Shown here: positions 1 through 9,823 of the stretch, in pieces
Layout of the letters: each line of letters starts with the position of its first letter
Numbering within the stretch: position 1 is the first letter of the stretch
Assembly: GCA_049517655.1 (NCBI GenBank)
Contig: JBEKRQ010000001.1
Coordinates: 749,379-813,378, forward strand
Origin: Verrucomicrobiota bacterium
GTDB taxonomy: Bacteria > Verrucomicrobiota > Verrucomicrobiia > Limisphaerales > UBA11358
DNA: 64,000 nucleotides
Direction: 5' to 3'
Program-made: the position numbers and the translations under genes
Notes under the pieces: generated by a model
Databases searched by the model: none
Told to the model about the DNA's origin: nothing
Seen by the model: only the letters and a program-made list of their open reading frames with translations

Positions 1-93
1 CATATTGAACCCGATTGAGACCTGAACCACATCTTGGGCATTTCATAATTCCATTTAAGATTTTTTATTTACCGCGCGTTGTCACGCTCCAAA

Positions 94-3000
94 TCAGGCT
101 CGCGTTACTAATTGCCGCAATACGCAAGGCAAAATGCCACCGTGCCGGTAGTAATCAATTTCAACCGGCGTATCGATGCGGCAACGGACCGTCACGTTTT
201 CCACTTTACCGTTTTTGCGCGTGATTTTAAGCGTGAGGTCCTGCTGCGGTTTCAGGTTCACGCCAAGGCCGACAACGTCATAGGTTTCAGTTCCGTCCAG
301 CTTCAATGCCCGTGCGGAAACGCCTTCCTTGAATTGCAACGGCAGCACGCCCATGCCGACAAGGTTGCTGCGGTGAATGCGTTCAAAACTCTGCGCGACA
401 ACAACTTTCACTCCGAGCAACGCCGTGCCTTTCGCCGCCCAATCGCGCGAGCTGCCCGCGCCGTATTCTTGGCCGGCAATCACAACCAGCGGCGTCCTGC
501 TCTTCGCGTATTCCATTGCTGCGTCGTAAATCGGCATTTTGTTTGGGAGGGACGGCGTGCCGCCGTCCCCGGATTTGGGACTGCAACATGCAGTCCCCCC
601 CATGAACAACGTATTTCCGCCTTCTTCACCGGCGAGCATGAGGTTCTTGATACGCACATTGGCGAACGTGCCGCGTGTCATCACGCGGTCGTTGCCGCGG
701 CGAGAGCCGTAGCTGTTGAAGTCCGCTGGCTGAACGCCGTGCTCAATCAGGTGCTTGCCGGCTGGTGAAGTTTCCTTGATGGAACCGGCGGGCGAAATGT
801 GGTCGGTCGTAATACTGTCACCGAAAATGGCCAGTGCCCGCGCGCCTTTGATTTCGCGGATTTCACCGGGCTTCATTGAGAAGTTCTCGAAGAACGGCGG
901 TTCCTGGATGTAAGTGGATTCGCGGTCCCATTCATAGACGTTGCCGGCGCTCGACTGAATTTCATTCCACTTTGGATTCTGCGCGACGAAATCCTTGTAA
1001 AGTTTGCGGAACACATCCGGTTGCAATGCGGCCTGCATGAGGTCGCAAATCTCGCGCTGGGTTGGCCAAAGGTCCTTCAGGTAAACCGCCGTGCCGTTTT
1101 TGTCTTTGCCAATCGGTTCATTGGCCATGTCAATGTCCACCCGCCCGGCGAGCGCGAACGCGACGACCAGCGGCGGCGACATGAGGAAATTCGCCTTGAT
1201 GCTCTGGTGGATGCGCGCCTCAAAGTTGCGGTTTCCAGACGATACCGAAGCGGCGATCAGATTGTGTTTATGAATCGCATCCTCAATCGGCGCGGCGAGC
1301 GGACCGGAATTACCGATGCATGTCGTGCAGCCATAACCGACGAGATTGAAACCGAGTTTGTCGAGATACGGCTGCAGCCCGGTCTTGTTCAAATAATCGG
1401 TGACGACGCGCGAACCGGGCGCAAGTGAAGCCTTCACGAGTGGATTCACACTGAGTCCGCGTTCGACCGCTTTTTTTGCAAGCAAGCCGGCGGCGAGCAT
1501 TACGCTGGGATTGCTTGTGTTCGTGCAACTCGTGATGGCGGCAATCAAAACCGAACCATTACGAATTTCGCCTTCCCCCGTCCGTACCGGAGTTGTGACC
1601 GAATCGGGTGTCGGACGATTGTTTGCCATTTCGAGTTCTGTGAACGGATTTGTGTTTTGCGATTTTGCGGCCTGCAATGAAACCGGTTCCTGACTGCCGC
1701 CACCGATCGCAGATTTGCCATTGGCGGAAACGGAAAATATTTTTGCCAAATCCCCAGGCGGTCTGCCAAAGCCATTTTCCGCCACGGATTTGCTGAATGC
1801 TGCGGCGAAATTTTCCTTCAGCTTCGGCAATTCAATTTTGTCCTGCGGGCGTTTCGGTCCGGCGACACTCGGCACGACAGCGCCGAGATCGAGTTCCAAT
1901 TCACGCGAATAGGCAATGTCGCCTTTTTTCGGAATGCCAAACAAGCCCTGCGCCTTGTAATAATTTTCGTAAAGCCTGCAATGTTCCACGCTACGGCCGG
2001 TGGCATGGAGATAATTCACGCACTCGGTGTCAATCGGGAAAAAGCCCATCGTCGCGCCGTATTCGGGCGCCATGTTGGCAATGGTCGCGCGGTCCACCAC
2101 CGGCAACGCCGCCGCGCCCGGCCCAAAAAATTCAACGAATTTGCCGACCACCTTCGCCTTGCGCAGCATTTGCGTGACGGTGAGCGCAAGGTCGGTGGCG
2201 GTAACGCCTTCACGCAACGAGCCGGTCAGGTGCACGCCGACGACATCCGGCGTGAGAAAATAAACCGGCTGGCCGAGCATTCCGGCTTCGGCTTCAATGC
2301 CCCCAACGCCCCAGCCCACGATGCCCAAGCCGTTGATCATCGTCGTGTGCGAATCCGTGCCGACAAGGGTGTCGGGATAAAAGAGTTGAGAGTTGTCGGT
2401 TGAGGGTTGAGCGAGCACGCCCTTGGCGAGGTATTCCAGATTGACCTGGTGGACGATGCCAATGCCGGGTGGAACGACTTTGAACGTGTCGAACGCCTGC
2501 ATGCCCCACTTGAGAAATTGGTAACGCTCGCGGTTGCGTTGGAATTCAATTTCGAGATTGCGTTGGAACGCGTCAGTCGTGCCGTTCACATCCACTTGCA
2601 CCGAATGATCAACCACGAGGTCCACCGGAACGAGTGGCTCGATGATTTTCGCGTTTTTGCCCAGCCGCTGCACCACCGAACGCATCGCCGCCAAATCCAC
2701 CAGTAATGGCACGCCGGTAAAGTCCTGCAGCACGATGCGCGCGACGATAAACGGAATTTCCTCTGTGCGGGTTTCGGTCGGCTTCCAGTTCGCCAGCGCG
2801 CGGACGTTTTGTTCAGTCACTTTTTTACCATCACAGTTCCGCAACACCGATTCGAGCACGAGGCGTATGGAGACCGGCAATTTGGAAATCGGCCCGATGC
2901 CGGCCTTTTCCAACGCGGGCAATGAATAAAACCGGCCGGGCTTCCCGCCGCCGGGATCAAATTCCTGAAGCGTGCCAAATAAATTATGCGGTGTGCTCAT
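94..3000 (-). CDS. acnA: aconitate hydratase A (AcnA/IRP type)
   Basis: 968-aa ORF with aconitase signatures [21 protein letters not shown] and [10 protein letters not shown]. Carries two repeat-derived in-frame inserts (549-597, 2385-2412). Confidence 0.95.
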   Translation of the reverse strand: MSTPHNLFGTLQEFDPGGGKPGRFYSLPALEKAGIGPISKLPVSIRLVLESVLRNCDGKKVTEQNVRALANWKPTETRTEEIPFIVARIVLQDFTGVPLLVDLAAMRSVVQRLGKNAKIIEPLVPVDLVVDHSVQVDVNGTTDAFQRNLEIEFQRNRERYQFLKWGMQAFDTFKVVPPGIGIVHQVNLEYLAKGVLAQPSTDNSQLFYPDTLVGTDSHTTMINGLGIVGWGVGGIEAEAGMLGQPVYFLTPDVVGVHLTGSLREGVTATDLALTVTQMLRKAKVVGKFVEFFGPGAAALPVVDRATIANMAPEYGATMGFFPIDTECVNYLHATGRSVEHCRLYENYYKAQGLFGIPKKGDIAYSRELELDLGAVVPSVAGPKRPQDKIELPKLKENFAAAFSKSVAENGFGRPPGDLAKIFSVSANGKSAIGGGSQEPVSLQAAKSQNTNPFTELEMANNRPTPDSVTTPVRTGEGEIRNGSVLIAAITSCTNTSNPSVMLAAGLLAKKAVERGLSVNPLVKASLAPGSRVVTDYLNKTGLQPYLDKLGFNLVGYGCTTCIGNSGPLAAPIEDAIHKHNLIAASVSSGNRNFEARIHQSIKANFLMSPPLVVAFALAGRVDIDMANEPIGKDKNGTAVYLKDLWPTQREICDLMQAALQPDVFRKLYKDFVAQNPKWNEIQSSAGNVYEWDRESTYIQEPPFFENFSMKPGEIREIKGARALAIFGDSITTDHISPAGSIKETSPAGKHLIEHGVQPADFNSYGSRRGNDRVMTRGTFANVRIKNLMLAGEEGGNTLFMGGTACCSPKSGDGGTPSLPNKMPIYDAAMEYAKSRTPLVVIAGQEYGAGSSRDWAAKGTALLGVKVVVAQSFERIHRSNLVGMGVLPLQFKEGVSARALKLDGTETYDVVGLGVNLKPQQDLTLKITRKNGKVENVTVRCRIDTPVEIDYYRHGGILPCVLRQLVTRA
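549..597. repeat. twin GGGAC...GTCCC hairpin module, in frame inside acnA
   Basis: gggacggcg-tgc-cgccgtccc (549-569) and gggactgca-aca-tgcagtccc (577-597). Encodes [19 protein letters not shown] in a loop that is about 16 aa shorter in E. coli AcnA as I recall it. Confidence 0.8.
2385..2412. repeat. heptamer array GTTGAGA-type (4 units) inside acnA
   Basis: gttgaga gttgtcg gttgagg gttgagc; encodes [10 protein letters not shown]. The same heptamer occurs in recJ. Confidence 0.8.
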
Positions 3001-3105
3001 GCAATTTCAACCTTCGTGAAAATGAAGGCTGCGCACAGATGTGTCAAGCGGGCGTGGACGTTGAACGGGGAATCATGCCGGCGATTATCCAGGGTTGTTC
3101 ACCAA

Positions 3106-3477
3106 TTAAGACTCCCGGTGTAATAAGCCGGTGATGCGGTGTTCGAGTCGCGCGAAATCAAGCGGCTTGGTGAAAAAATCCTCGGCGTGCATCGCCACGG
3201 TGCGTTTGGTCACGTCACCGGAAAGCGCGCTCACGAAAATAATTGGGATTGCTTGCGTGGCCGGCTGACGGCGCAAAATTTCGCAGACGGACAGGCCGTC
3301 GAGATCTGGCAGCAGAATATCAAGCAAAATCAGATCGGGTTTGCATTGCCGCGCCTGGTTTAATGCATGCACACCATCGTTGGCCACAATGAATTCGCAG
3401 CCCAGCCCGGCAAGCCGAAATCGCACCAGTTCAACAAAATCACACTCATCGTCGACAATTAAAATGCGGAATGCCAT
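3106..3477 (-). CDS. stand-alone response regulator receiver (CheY-like)
   Basis: REC hallmarks: IVDDE acidic pair, LILLDILLPDLDG phospho-acceptor region, FTKP lysine. No output domain. Start moved to MAFRILIVDD inside ORF 3106..3501. Confidence 0.85.
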   Translation of the reverse strand: MAFRILIVDDECDFVELVRFRLAGLGCEFIVANDGVHALNQARQCKPDLILLDILLPDLDGLSVCEILRRQPATQAIPIIFVSALSGDVTKRTVAMHAEDFFTKPLDFARLEHRITGLLHRES

Positions 3478-3587
3478 GCTGATTTCATAAGACGGACTCA
3501 CGCCAAGTGCAATGACAGTTCGGTTAAAACTGTGTCACGAATCGGAAACAAAAAAACGCGCCAAAACTTGTTCAGTAAGGACGATTT

Positions 3588-4547
3588 TTGTATCTTTCGG
3601 CAACAATGCCAACACGCCAGGGTTCCATTCGTTTGTTCCGGCTTTTCGGAATTGATGTGTATCTGCACTGGTTGTGGTTTCTGGCCGTCGTGTATTTCGT
3701 CAACGAGGCAAAAGGTTACACTTCCCCAATCTGGAGCGTGCTGGAATGTCTGGCATTGTTCCTGATTGTGCTGATACACGAATTCGGCCATCAACTGGCC
3801 TGCCGTCAGGTGGGTGGAAAAACCAGTGATATCATCCTCTGGCCGCTTGGTGGCGTGGCTTACGTTTCTCCGCCGCAACGTCCCGGCGCGCAACTGTGGA
3901 GCATCGCCGCCGGGCCATTGGTTAACGTCATCCTGTTTCCTATTTTAAGCGCGCTGGCCCTGCTGGGCGGGCATTTGGGATGGGTGGATACCTCGTCCAA
4001 CTTGACCAAATTCCTGAACAACATCTGGTCCATCAATCTCGTTTTGCTGATTTTCAACATGCTGCCAATTTATCCGCTCGACGGCGGACAGATTTTGCGG
4101 TCACTGCTTTGGTTTGTGTTTGGGCGCGCCAATAGTCTTTTGGCGGTGAGCATCATCGGATTCATCGGAGTGGCGGTGCTGATCGGGATGGCAGTGTTGC
4201 TTCTATTTTTTTCGACAGAGCCGACTCAAGGCATCTGGCTCGGCATTCTGTGCGTCTTTATTTTGATGAATTGCTGGGGCGGTTTGATGCAGGCGCGTGC
4301 GCTGTCCAAAATCGCCAAAATACCCCGACGTGCTGGTTTTGCCTGTCCCAACTGCAAAACTCCGCCGCCGCAAGGCGCATTTTGGGTATGCGGCAAATGC
4401 CGGAAGCCTTTTGACACGTTCCAAACGCAGGGTGTTTGCCCGAATTGCGGAGTTCGGTATTCCGCAACGTCCTGCCCGGAATGCGGAAGCTTGCGGCCAT
4501 TCAATGAGTGGATTGCTTCCGGGAACGTTCCGCCGCTGATGCAATAA
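3588..4547 (+). CDS. M50 (site-2 protease family) zinc metallopeptidase with C-terminal zinc-ribbon tail
   Basis: HEFGH motif in a hydrophobic segment and a second M50 motif LPIYPLDGGQ. The tail has four CxxC pairs (CPNC, CGKC, CPNC, CPEC). The true start may be the Met at 3606. Confidence 0.8.
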   Translation: MYLSATMPTRQGSIRLFRLFGIDVYLHWLWFLAVVYFVNEAKGYTSPIWSVLECLALFLIVLIHEFGHQLACRQVGGKTSDIILWPLGGVAYVSPPQRPGAQLWSIAAGPLVNVILFPILSALALLGGHLGWVDTSSNLTKFLNNIWSINLVLLIFNMLPIYPLDGGQILRSLLWFVFGRANSLLAVSIIGFIGVAVLIGMAVLLLFFSTEPTQGIWLGILCVFILMNCWGGLMQARALSKIAKIPRRAGFACPNCKTPPPQGAFWVCGKCRKPFDTFQTQGVCPNCGVRYSATSCPECGSLRPFNEWIASGNVPPLMQ

Positions 4548-4583
4548 CGCCAGTTAAAGTTGCATCACGAAATGGAAACGGAA

Positions 4584-5339
4584 TCAATTGCCGGAATGAA
4601 TCGGATTCCCTATTGCGTCAACAATTGTCGGCGTAATCATTACAACAAGGAATTTTTTTCCTTTCTTCATTTCGGCTTGCGCGATGTGCCGCGTCAGGCG
4701 CTGATCTTGTTCCACATCAGCCTTTGGAAACAATACCAGTGTCTGACCATCATCCAAGGTGCTCTGCGCGGAGGCGCGATCCACTTGAAGAACCGGCAAA
4801 ATTATTGGAAGATTTACTTTTTCTCCGGCGGAATTTGTAGCGAAACGCGAAGGTAAACCTTCGGGATCGGCATAACCAAAAAATCTCACGAGTGACGCCG
4901 TGGTTTTCAGGCCAATTTTTTGACCGTCGCTCGAAATTGTTGGAATGACATCCAAAATCGGACCGCATTCTATTTTTTCTGATTGTGGAACAGCCGATGA
5001 ATTGCCTGAATTTTCCTGAAAGGTGAAATTGGTCACGACGGTTTGGATTTCTGTTGCGCGCATTTGAGTTTGACGACCACTGCTTGTTATCACTTCGGGC
5101 GCAGATAATGATTTCACGTCAGGGTTGGAACGAAGATTTTTAAGTGTCGAATTCATTTGTTCCGGCGTCAGCCGTTCCGTGCCGTCGCTCGCAACTGCAA
5201 AATTCTTTTGCAAAGTTTCCAGTGTCGTTCTTGGGACTTCAAAAAAACTGGCTTTGATGTGAATCTCCTGCGCCCCTGCTCCGGCAGCAAATGCAAGAAT
5301 TCCGACGGTCGCTATTAGTAATTTGACAAGTGTTTTCAT
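4584..5339 (-). CDS. short secreted secretin-domain protein (GspD/PilQ C-terminal-domain-like)
   Basis: Signal peptide MKTLVKLLIATVGILAFAAGAGA. Pattern SAPEVITSSGRQTQM ... GPILDVIPTISSDGQKIGL ... DDGQTLVL matches my memory of the secretin-domain consensus. Only 251 aa, with no N-domains. Confidence 0.5.
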   Translation of the reverse strand: MKTLVKLLIATVGILAFAAGAGAQEIHIKASFFEVPRTTLETLQKNFAVASDGTERLTPEQMNSTLKNLRSNPDVKSLSAPEVITSSGRQTQMRATEIQTVVTNFTFQENSGNSSAVPQSEKIECGPILDVIPTISSDGQKIGLKTTASLVRFFGYADPEGLPSRFATNSAGEKVNLPIILPVLQVDRASAQSTLDDGQTLVLFPKADVEQDQRLTRHIAQAEMKKGKKFLVVMITPTIVDAIGNPIHSGN

Positions 5340-5388
5340 GGAATTAAAGCCGTTATTGCATCAAATCAAAACGGCTGCAACCCTTTCT

Positions 5389-5868
5389 TTACTTCAACTT
5401 CGCCAGCGCCGCTTTGACGGCCTCGAAGTTTGGTAAATCCCTTGGAGTCGGCGTTTGTTCGCTGTATTGCACGACGCCATTTTTATCAATCACGAACGCC
5501 GCACGCGACGCCGTGTCACCCACACCCGCGAGCATCTGGGACACAACGTCATATTTTTTGATGACTTCCTTGTTCAAATCGCTGGCAAGCGTGACGCCGA
5601 TTCCTTCCTTTTCCGCCCATGCCTCTTGCGCAAATGGACTGTCCACACTCACGGCGATGACATCAGCGTCCAGACCGGCATACGCATTGAGGCCGGCAGT
5701 GGTATCGCACATTTCCTTGGTGCAAACGCTTGTGAACGCAAAGGGACAAAAAAGCAGGACGGTGTTCTTCTTGCCGAAGTTGTTGCTAAGTTTCACGTCC
5801 ACCAAACCGGAGATTTGTTTGGATTTGAGAATGAAATCAGGAGCCTTTGAGCCAACTGGAATTGCCAT
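5389..5868 (-). CDS. peroxiredoxin (AhpC/TSA-redoxin family), paralog 1
   Basis: 159 aa with thioredoxin-fold peroxidatic motif PFAFTSVCTKE. Tandem paralog of 6092..6571. Confidence 0.9.
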   Translation of the reverse strand: MAIPVGSKAPDFILKSKQISGLVDVKLSNNFGKKNTVLLFCPFAFTSVCTKEMCDTTAGLNAYAGLDADVIAVSVDSPFAQEAWAEKEGIGVTLASDLNKEVIKKYDVVSQMLAGVGDTASRAAFVIDKNGVVQYSEQTPTPRDLPNFEAVKAALAKLK

Positions 5869-6091
5869 AATTGTTTCTGTTTACTCAGTTCGTTTATTTC
5901 CGTCACAGCTAAATCTTCGGGATTTACAGCGCTCGTGTCAAATAAGGATTACATGCCGCGACAATCTTTATGCCCTTATCCGGCAGCTTTCGCAAAACCT
6001 CCGGTGGCACGGCGCAAAAAAAATCCCGGCCACCCGGCAAATCCGGATTCCAGCCGTGACGGGAGATTTTGCGAGCCTTATCCATTCTCCT

Positions 6092-6571
6092 CTACTTCAA
6101 CCTTACCAGCGCCGCTTTGATGGCGTTGAAATTCGGCAAATCCTTTGGTGTCGGCGTTTGTTCGCTGTATTGAACAATGCCGTTTTTATCAATGACGAAT
6201 GCCGCGCGCGACGCCGTGTCGCCCACGCCGGCCAGCATCGGAAACACGACGTCATATTTTTTGATGACTTCCTTGTTCAAATCGCTGGCGAGTGTGATGC
6301 CGATTTTCTCCTGTTTTGCCCACGCTTCCTGCGCGAATGGACTGTCCACGCTGATGCCAATGACGTCCGCATTCAACCCGGAATACACGTTCAGTCCGGC
6401 GGTGAGGTCGCACATTTCCTTCGTGCAAACGCTGGTGAACGCGAGCGGGAAGAAGAGCAGCACGGTGTTCTTTTTGCCGAAGTTGTTGCTGAGTTTTACA
6501 TTCACCAAGCCGGATGCCTGCTTGGATTTGAGGGTAAAATCAGGGGCCTTTGAGCCAATTGGAATTGCCAT
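6092..6571 (-). CDS. peroxiredoxin (AhpC/TSA-redoxin family), paralog 2
   Basis: 159 aa with motif PLAFTSVCTKE. About 24 differences over 159 aa versus paralog 1 by manual alignment. Confidence 0.9.
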   Translation of the reverse strand: MAIPIGSKAPDFTLKSKQASGLVNVKLSNNFGKKNTVLLFFPLAFTSVCTKEMCDLTAGLNVYSGLNADVIGISVDSPFAQEAWAKQEKIGITLASDLNKEVIKKYDVVFPMLAGVGDTASRAAFVIDKNGIVQYSEQTPTPKDLPNFNAIKAALVRLK

Positions 6572-6680
6572 AATCGTTATTGGTTATTTGGTTAATTCTC
6601 CCTGGTTGCAATGCAAACCTTCGTCGCTCATTGCCCGACTGTCAAATGGGTGTTCCATTGCGCACTTTCCCGGAAAACGT

Positions 6681-7295
6681 TCATCCGTGTTTATCTGTGT
6701 TTATCTGTGGCTCGCTTGCCGAACTGGCCGGATACGAGCCGAGTTGTTTCACACCATCCCAAACGTAAAGCAGTCCCGACACCCCTGTGCACACCGCCGC
6801 GCCAATCGTCCAGACATCAAGCCAGCGCGCGCCCCGGCCTTCATTCCATTCCATCAAAATCCAAATCACAACGGCCATCTGCAGCACCGTCGCGATTTTG
6901 CCGATGATGCGCGGGCGCACGATGACTTTGCCGACGGTGAATCGAACAACGACAATGCCCATGAGTATCAACAAATCGCGCCCGATGATGGTGCCCGTGA
7001 ACCACAACGGAATCTGGGCAAGATACGGCCCATGATTGAAGCTCAACGTGATGATGCCTGACATGAGCAGCAATTTGTCCGCGAGCGGGTCGAGAATGGC
7101 GCCAAGCTCGCTTTTTTGGTTGTAACGACGCGCGATGTAACCGTCCACACCGTCCAAAATGGCCGTGACCGCAAACAAAAGGATCGCCAGCAAGTGGTGA
7201 ATTTCGTTGCCGGTTTCAATGTAATAAATCAGTTCGACGACAAAAAACGGGATCAGCAGGATTCGCAGAATCGTGATTTTATTGGCGGTCGTCAT
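6681..7295 (-). CDS. pgsA: CDP-alcohol phosphatidyltransferase (PgsA-like)
   Basis: Signature [27 protein letters not shown] (DG-x2-AR-x8-G-x3-D-x3-D) in a multi-TM protein. Start moved to [11 protein letters not shown]. The C-terminal codons run into the decamer repeat at 6685-6710. Confidence 0.8.
   Translation of the reverse strand: MTTANKITILRILLIPFFVVELIYYIETGNEIHHLLAILLFAVTAILDGVDGYIARRYNQKSELGAILDPLADKLLLMSGIITLSFNHGPYLAQIPLWFTGTIIGRDLLILMGIVVVRFTVGKVIVRPRIIGKIATVLQMAVVIWILMEWNEGRGARWLDVWTIGAAVCTGVSGLLYVWDGVKQLGSYPASSASEPQINTDKHG
6685..6710. repeat. decamer tandem repeat GTGTTTATCT x2
   Basis: ccgtgtttatctgtgtttatctgtgg at the 3' end of pgsA. Related to the units in 30592-30681. Confidence 0.75.
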
Positions 7296-7396
7296 CGGTG
7301 GAAAATGTTGACACGAATTTCGCGGGTTTGCACGACCCAATTCCCGTTCATTTTGAAATGATGACTTTCGGCCTTTGGTTGGTTAAACTCCGGCGA

Positions 7397-7900
7397 ATGA
7401 AAACTGGCAAATCCGGCAAACCGCTGGTCGGTATTCTGATGGGCAGTGATTCGGACTGGCCTACGATGAAATCCGCCGCCGACGTGTGCGCGCAATTTGG
7501 AATTCCCTGCGAATCGAAAGTCGTCTCCGCGCATCGCACACCGCGTGACTTGGAGCGATACGCCGGTAAAGCGCGCGAACGCGGCCTGCGCGTCATCATC
7601 GCAGGCGCAGGTGGCGCGGCGCATTTGCCGGGTGTGACGGCGGCGTTCACCACCCTGCCCGTCATCGGCGTGCCGATTGAAGGCAAATCGTTGAAAGGCC
7701 TCGACTCGCTGCTTTCCATCGTGCAAATGCCGCCGGGCGTGCCGGTGGCCACGGTCGGCATCGGCGCGGCGAAAAATGCCGGATTGCTGGCGGTGCAAAT
7801 TCTCGCGGTCGCGGATTCAAAACTTCAGGCGGCATTGTTGAAATTCAAAAAAAAGCTCGCGGTGAAATCACGCGCAAAAAATCAAAACCTCAAAGGCTGA
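7397..7900 (+). CDS. purE: N5-carboxyaminoimidazole ribonucleotide mutase (class I PurE)
   Basis: Motifs [15 protein letters not shown] and GGAAHLPG. Start chosen at [16 protein letters not shown]; upstream Met codons in ORF 7298.. are possible. Confidence 0.9.
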   Translation: MKTGKSGKPLVGILMGSDSDWPTMKSAADVCAQFGIPCESKVVSAHRTPRDLERYAGKARERGLRVIIAGAGGAAHLPGVTAAFTTLPVIGVPIEGKSLKGLDSLLSIVQMPPGVPVATVGIGAAKNAGLLAVQILAVADSKLQAALLKFKKKLAVKSRAKNQNLKG

Positions 7901-7915
7901 AGCGCGCACTGAAAA

Positions 7916-9742
7916 ATGAGCACCAGCCCAAAACAAGGCGAGCTTGCGCCGTCTGATTTTATCCGCGACATCGTCGCCACTCATGTCGCCGAAAAAAAAT
8001 ATCCGCAGATTCACACCCGCTTTCCGCCGGAGCCGAACGGTTATCTCCATATCGGCCACGCCAAGAGCATTTGCCTGAACTTCGGCATCGCGCACGAGTT
8101 CGGCGGCATTTGCAACCTGCGTTATGACGACACGAATCCCGCCAAAGAGGAGGTCGAATACGTGGATTCCATTCTTGAGGATGTTCAGTGGCTGATTGCC
8201 GGCTGGGCTGACAACAAACTGGGCTTGAAGCCAAAAGGTAAAAGACCGGATACAATTACGAGCAACGGCAAGCTCGATTTTTATCTTCCTGCTGTTATCG
8301 GTAGGGCGGGCTCTCCGCAGCCCGCCGCAGAACGGCGCGATGAGACATCGCGCCCTACCATCGAGCCATTTTACGCTTCGGATTACTTCGACCAGATTTA
8401 CGAATACGCCGTGATGCTCGTCAAAAAGGGCAAGGCCTACGTCTGCGACCTGACACCGGACCAGACCGATGAATACCGCCGCCAAGCCAAGGAAAGCCCG
8501 TTCCGCAACCGGCCCGTCGCTGAAAACCTCGACCTCTTCACGCGCATGAAGAACGGCGAGTTTCCCGATGGCAAGCGTTCGCTCCGCGCGAAGATTGACG
8601 TCGCCTCGCCGAATATTTGGATGCGCGATCCCCTGCTCTATCGCATTCGGCACGCCGACCATCATCACACCGGCGGCAAATGGTGCATCTACCCGATGTA
8701 TGACTTCGCCCATTGCTTGAGCGATTACATCGAAGGCATCACGCACAGCATTTGCACGCTCGAGTTCGAGGTGCACCGCCCGCTTTACGATTGGATTCTG
8801 GAAAACCTCGATCTGCCGCGTCCGTTGCCCAAGCAATACGAATTCGCCCGCCTGAGCCTCGGATACACCGTGATGAGCAAACGCAAGCTCATGCAACTCG
8901 TGAACGAAAACCTCGTCACCGGCTGGGACGACCCGCGCATGCCGACCATTTGCGGCATCCGGCGACGCGGCGTCACGGCAGAAGCTCTGCGGGCGTTTGC
9001 CTACAACATCGGCATCACGAAATACAACGGTATCACCGACGTCGCCGTGCTCGAACACGCCATCCGCGAAGACCTGAACAAAATCGCGCTGCGTCGACTC
9101 GCCGTGTTGCGGCCTGTCAAAGTAGTCATCACCAATTATCCTGAAGGCAAAACCGAGGAACTGGATGCCGTCAACAATCCCGAGGACGAAAGTGCGGGCA
9201 AACGGAAGATTCCGTTCAGCCGCGAACTCTACATCGAACAAGACGATTTCAAGGAAGTTGCCGTGCCGAAATTTTTCCGGCTGAAACCCGGCGGCGAAGT
9301 CCGGCTCAAATACGCCTACATCATCAAATGCGACGAAGTGGTGAAGGACGCGAACGGAAAGATTGTGGAACTGCGCTGCACCGCCGACCTCGACAGCAAG
9401 ACCGGCGGCCCGACGGCAAATCGCAAAGTCAAAGGCACGATACATTGGGTGAGCGCCTCGCACGCTATTGACGCCGAAGTGCGCCTCTACGACCGGCTTT
9501 TCACCGAAGCCGAGCCGGAGAAGGACGGTCGCGACTTCAAATCCGTCCTCAACCCGCACAGCCTTGAAGTCGTGACGGCCAAATGCGAACCCGCCGTCGC
9601 TGAAGTTATGGCGGGCAGGCCGAGCGACGTGCGTTACCAATTCGAGCGTTTGGGATATTTTGCGTTGGACAAAGACAGCGCGCCCGGCAAATTGGTTTTC
9701 ACTCGGACGATTGCTTTGAAAGATACTTGGGCAAAAAAATAA
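7916..9742 (+). CDS. glnS: glutamine--tRNA ligase
   Basis: Class I motifs HIGH (LHIGHAKS) and KMSKS variant (VMSKR). Colinear with E. coli GlnRS as I recall it, except for a ~45-aa insert containing the repeat at 8300-8359. Confidence 0.95.
   Translation: MSTSPKQGELAPSDFIRDIVATHVAEKKYPQIHTRFPPEPNGYLHIGHAKSICLNFGIAHEFGGICNLRYDDTNPAKEEVEYVDSILEDVQWLIAGWADNKLGLKPKGKRPDTITSNGKLDFYLPAVIGRAGSPQPAAERRDETSRPTIEPFYASDYFDQIYEYAVMLVKKGKAYVCDLTPDQTDEYRRQAKESPFRNRPVAENLDLFTRMKNGEFPDGKRSLRAKIDVASPNIWMRDPLLYRIRHADHHHTGGKWCIYPMYDFAHCLSDYIEGITHSICTLEFEVHRPLYDWILENLDLPRPLPKQYEFARLSLGYTVMSKRKLMQLVNENLVTGWDDPRMPTICGIRRRGVTAEALRAFAYNIGITKYNGITDVAVLEHAIREDLNKIALRRLAVLRPVKVVITNYPEGKTEELDAVNNPEDESAGKRKIPFSRELYIEQDDFKEVAVPKFFRLKPGGEVRLKYAYIIKCDEVVKDANGKIVELRCTADLDSKTGGPTANRKVKGTIHWVSASHAIDAEVRLYDRLFTEAEPEKDGRDFKSVLNPHSLEVVTAKCEPAVAEVMAGRPSDVRYQFERLGYFALDKDSAPGKLVFTRTIALKDTWAKK
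8300..8359. repeat. family-A palindromic element (GGTAGGGCG...CGCCCTACC), 60 bp, in frame inside glnS
   Basis: Terminal 9-bp inverted repeats. The first 28 nt are identical to the reverse complement of the right end of the hypF copy (56904-56931). Encodes [20 protein letters not shown]. Confidence 0.9.
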
Positions 9743-9823
9743 TATGCCAACTACACATGGAATCCCACATCAAGAAGGGACTGTGCGCGGGGGCTAGCGC
9801 AAGCACCCCTCCATCTCCAGAAC

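Noticed and set aside
5414-6553. 379-aa plus-strand ORF spanning both peroxiredoxin genes and the spacer
   Set aside because: It is antisense to two clearly real, conserved peroxiredoxin genes and has no recognisable motifs.
7868-9640. 590-aa ORF on the minus strand
   Set aside because: It lies entirely antisense to glnS, which has unambiguous class I synthetase motifs. Its composition is Arg/Ala/Gly-rich, typical of the wrong frame in GC-rich DNA.
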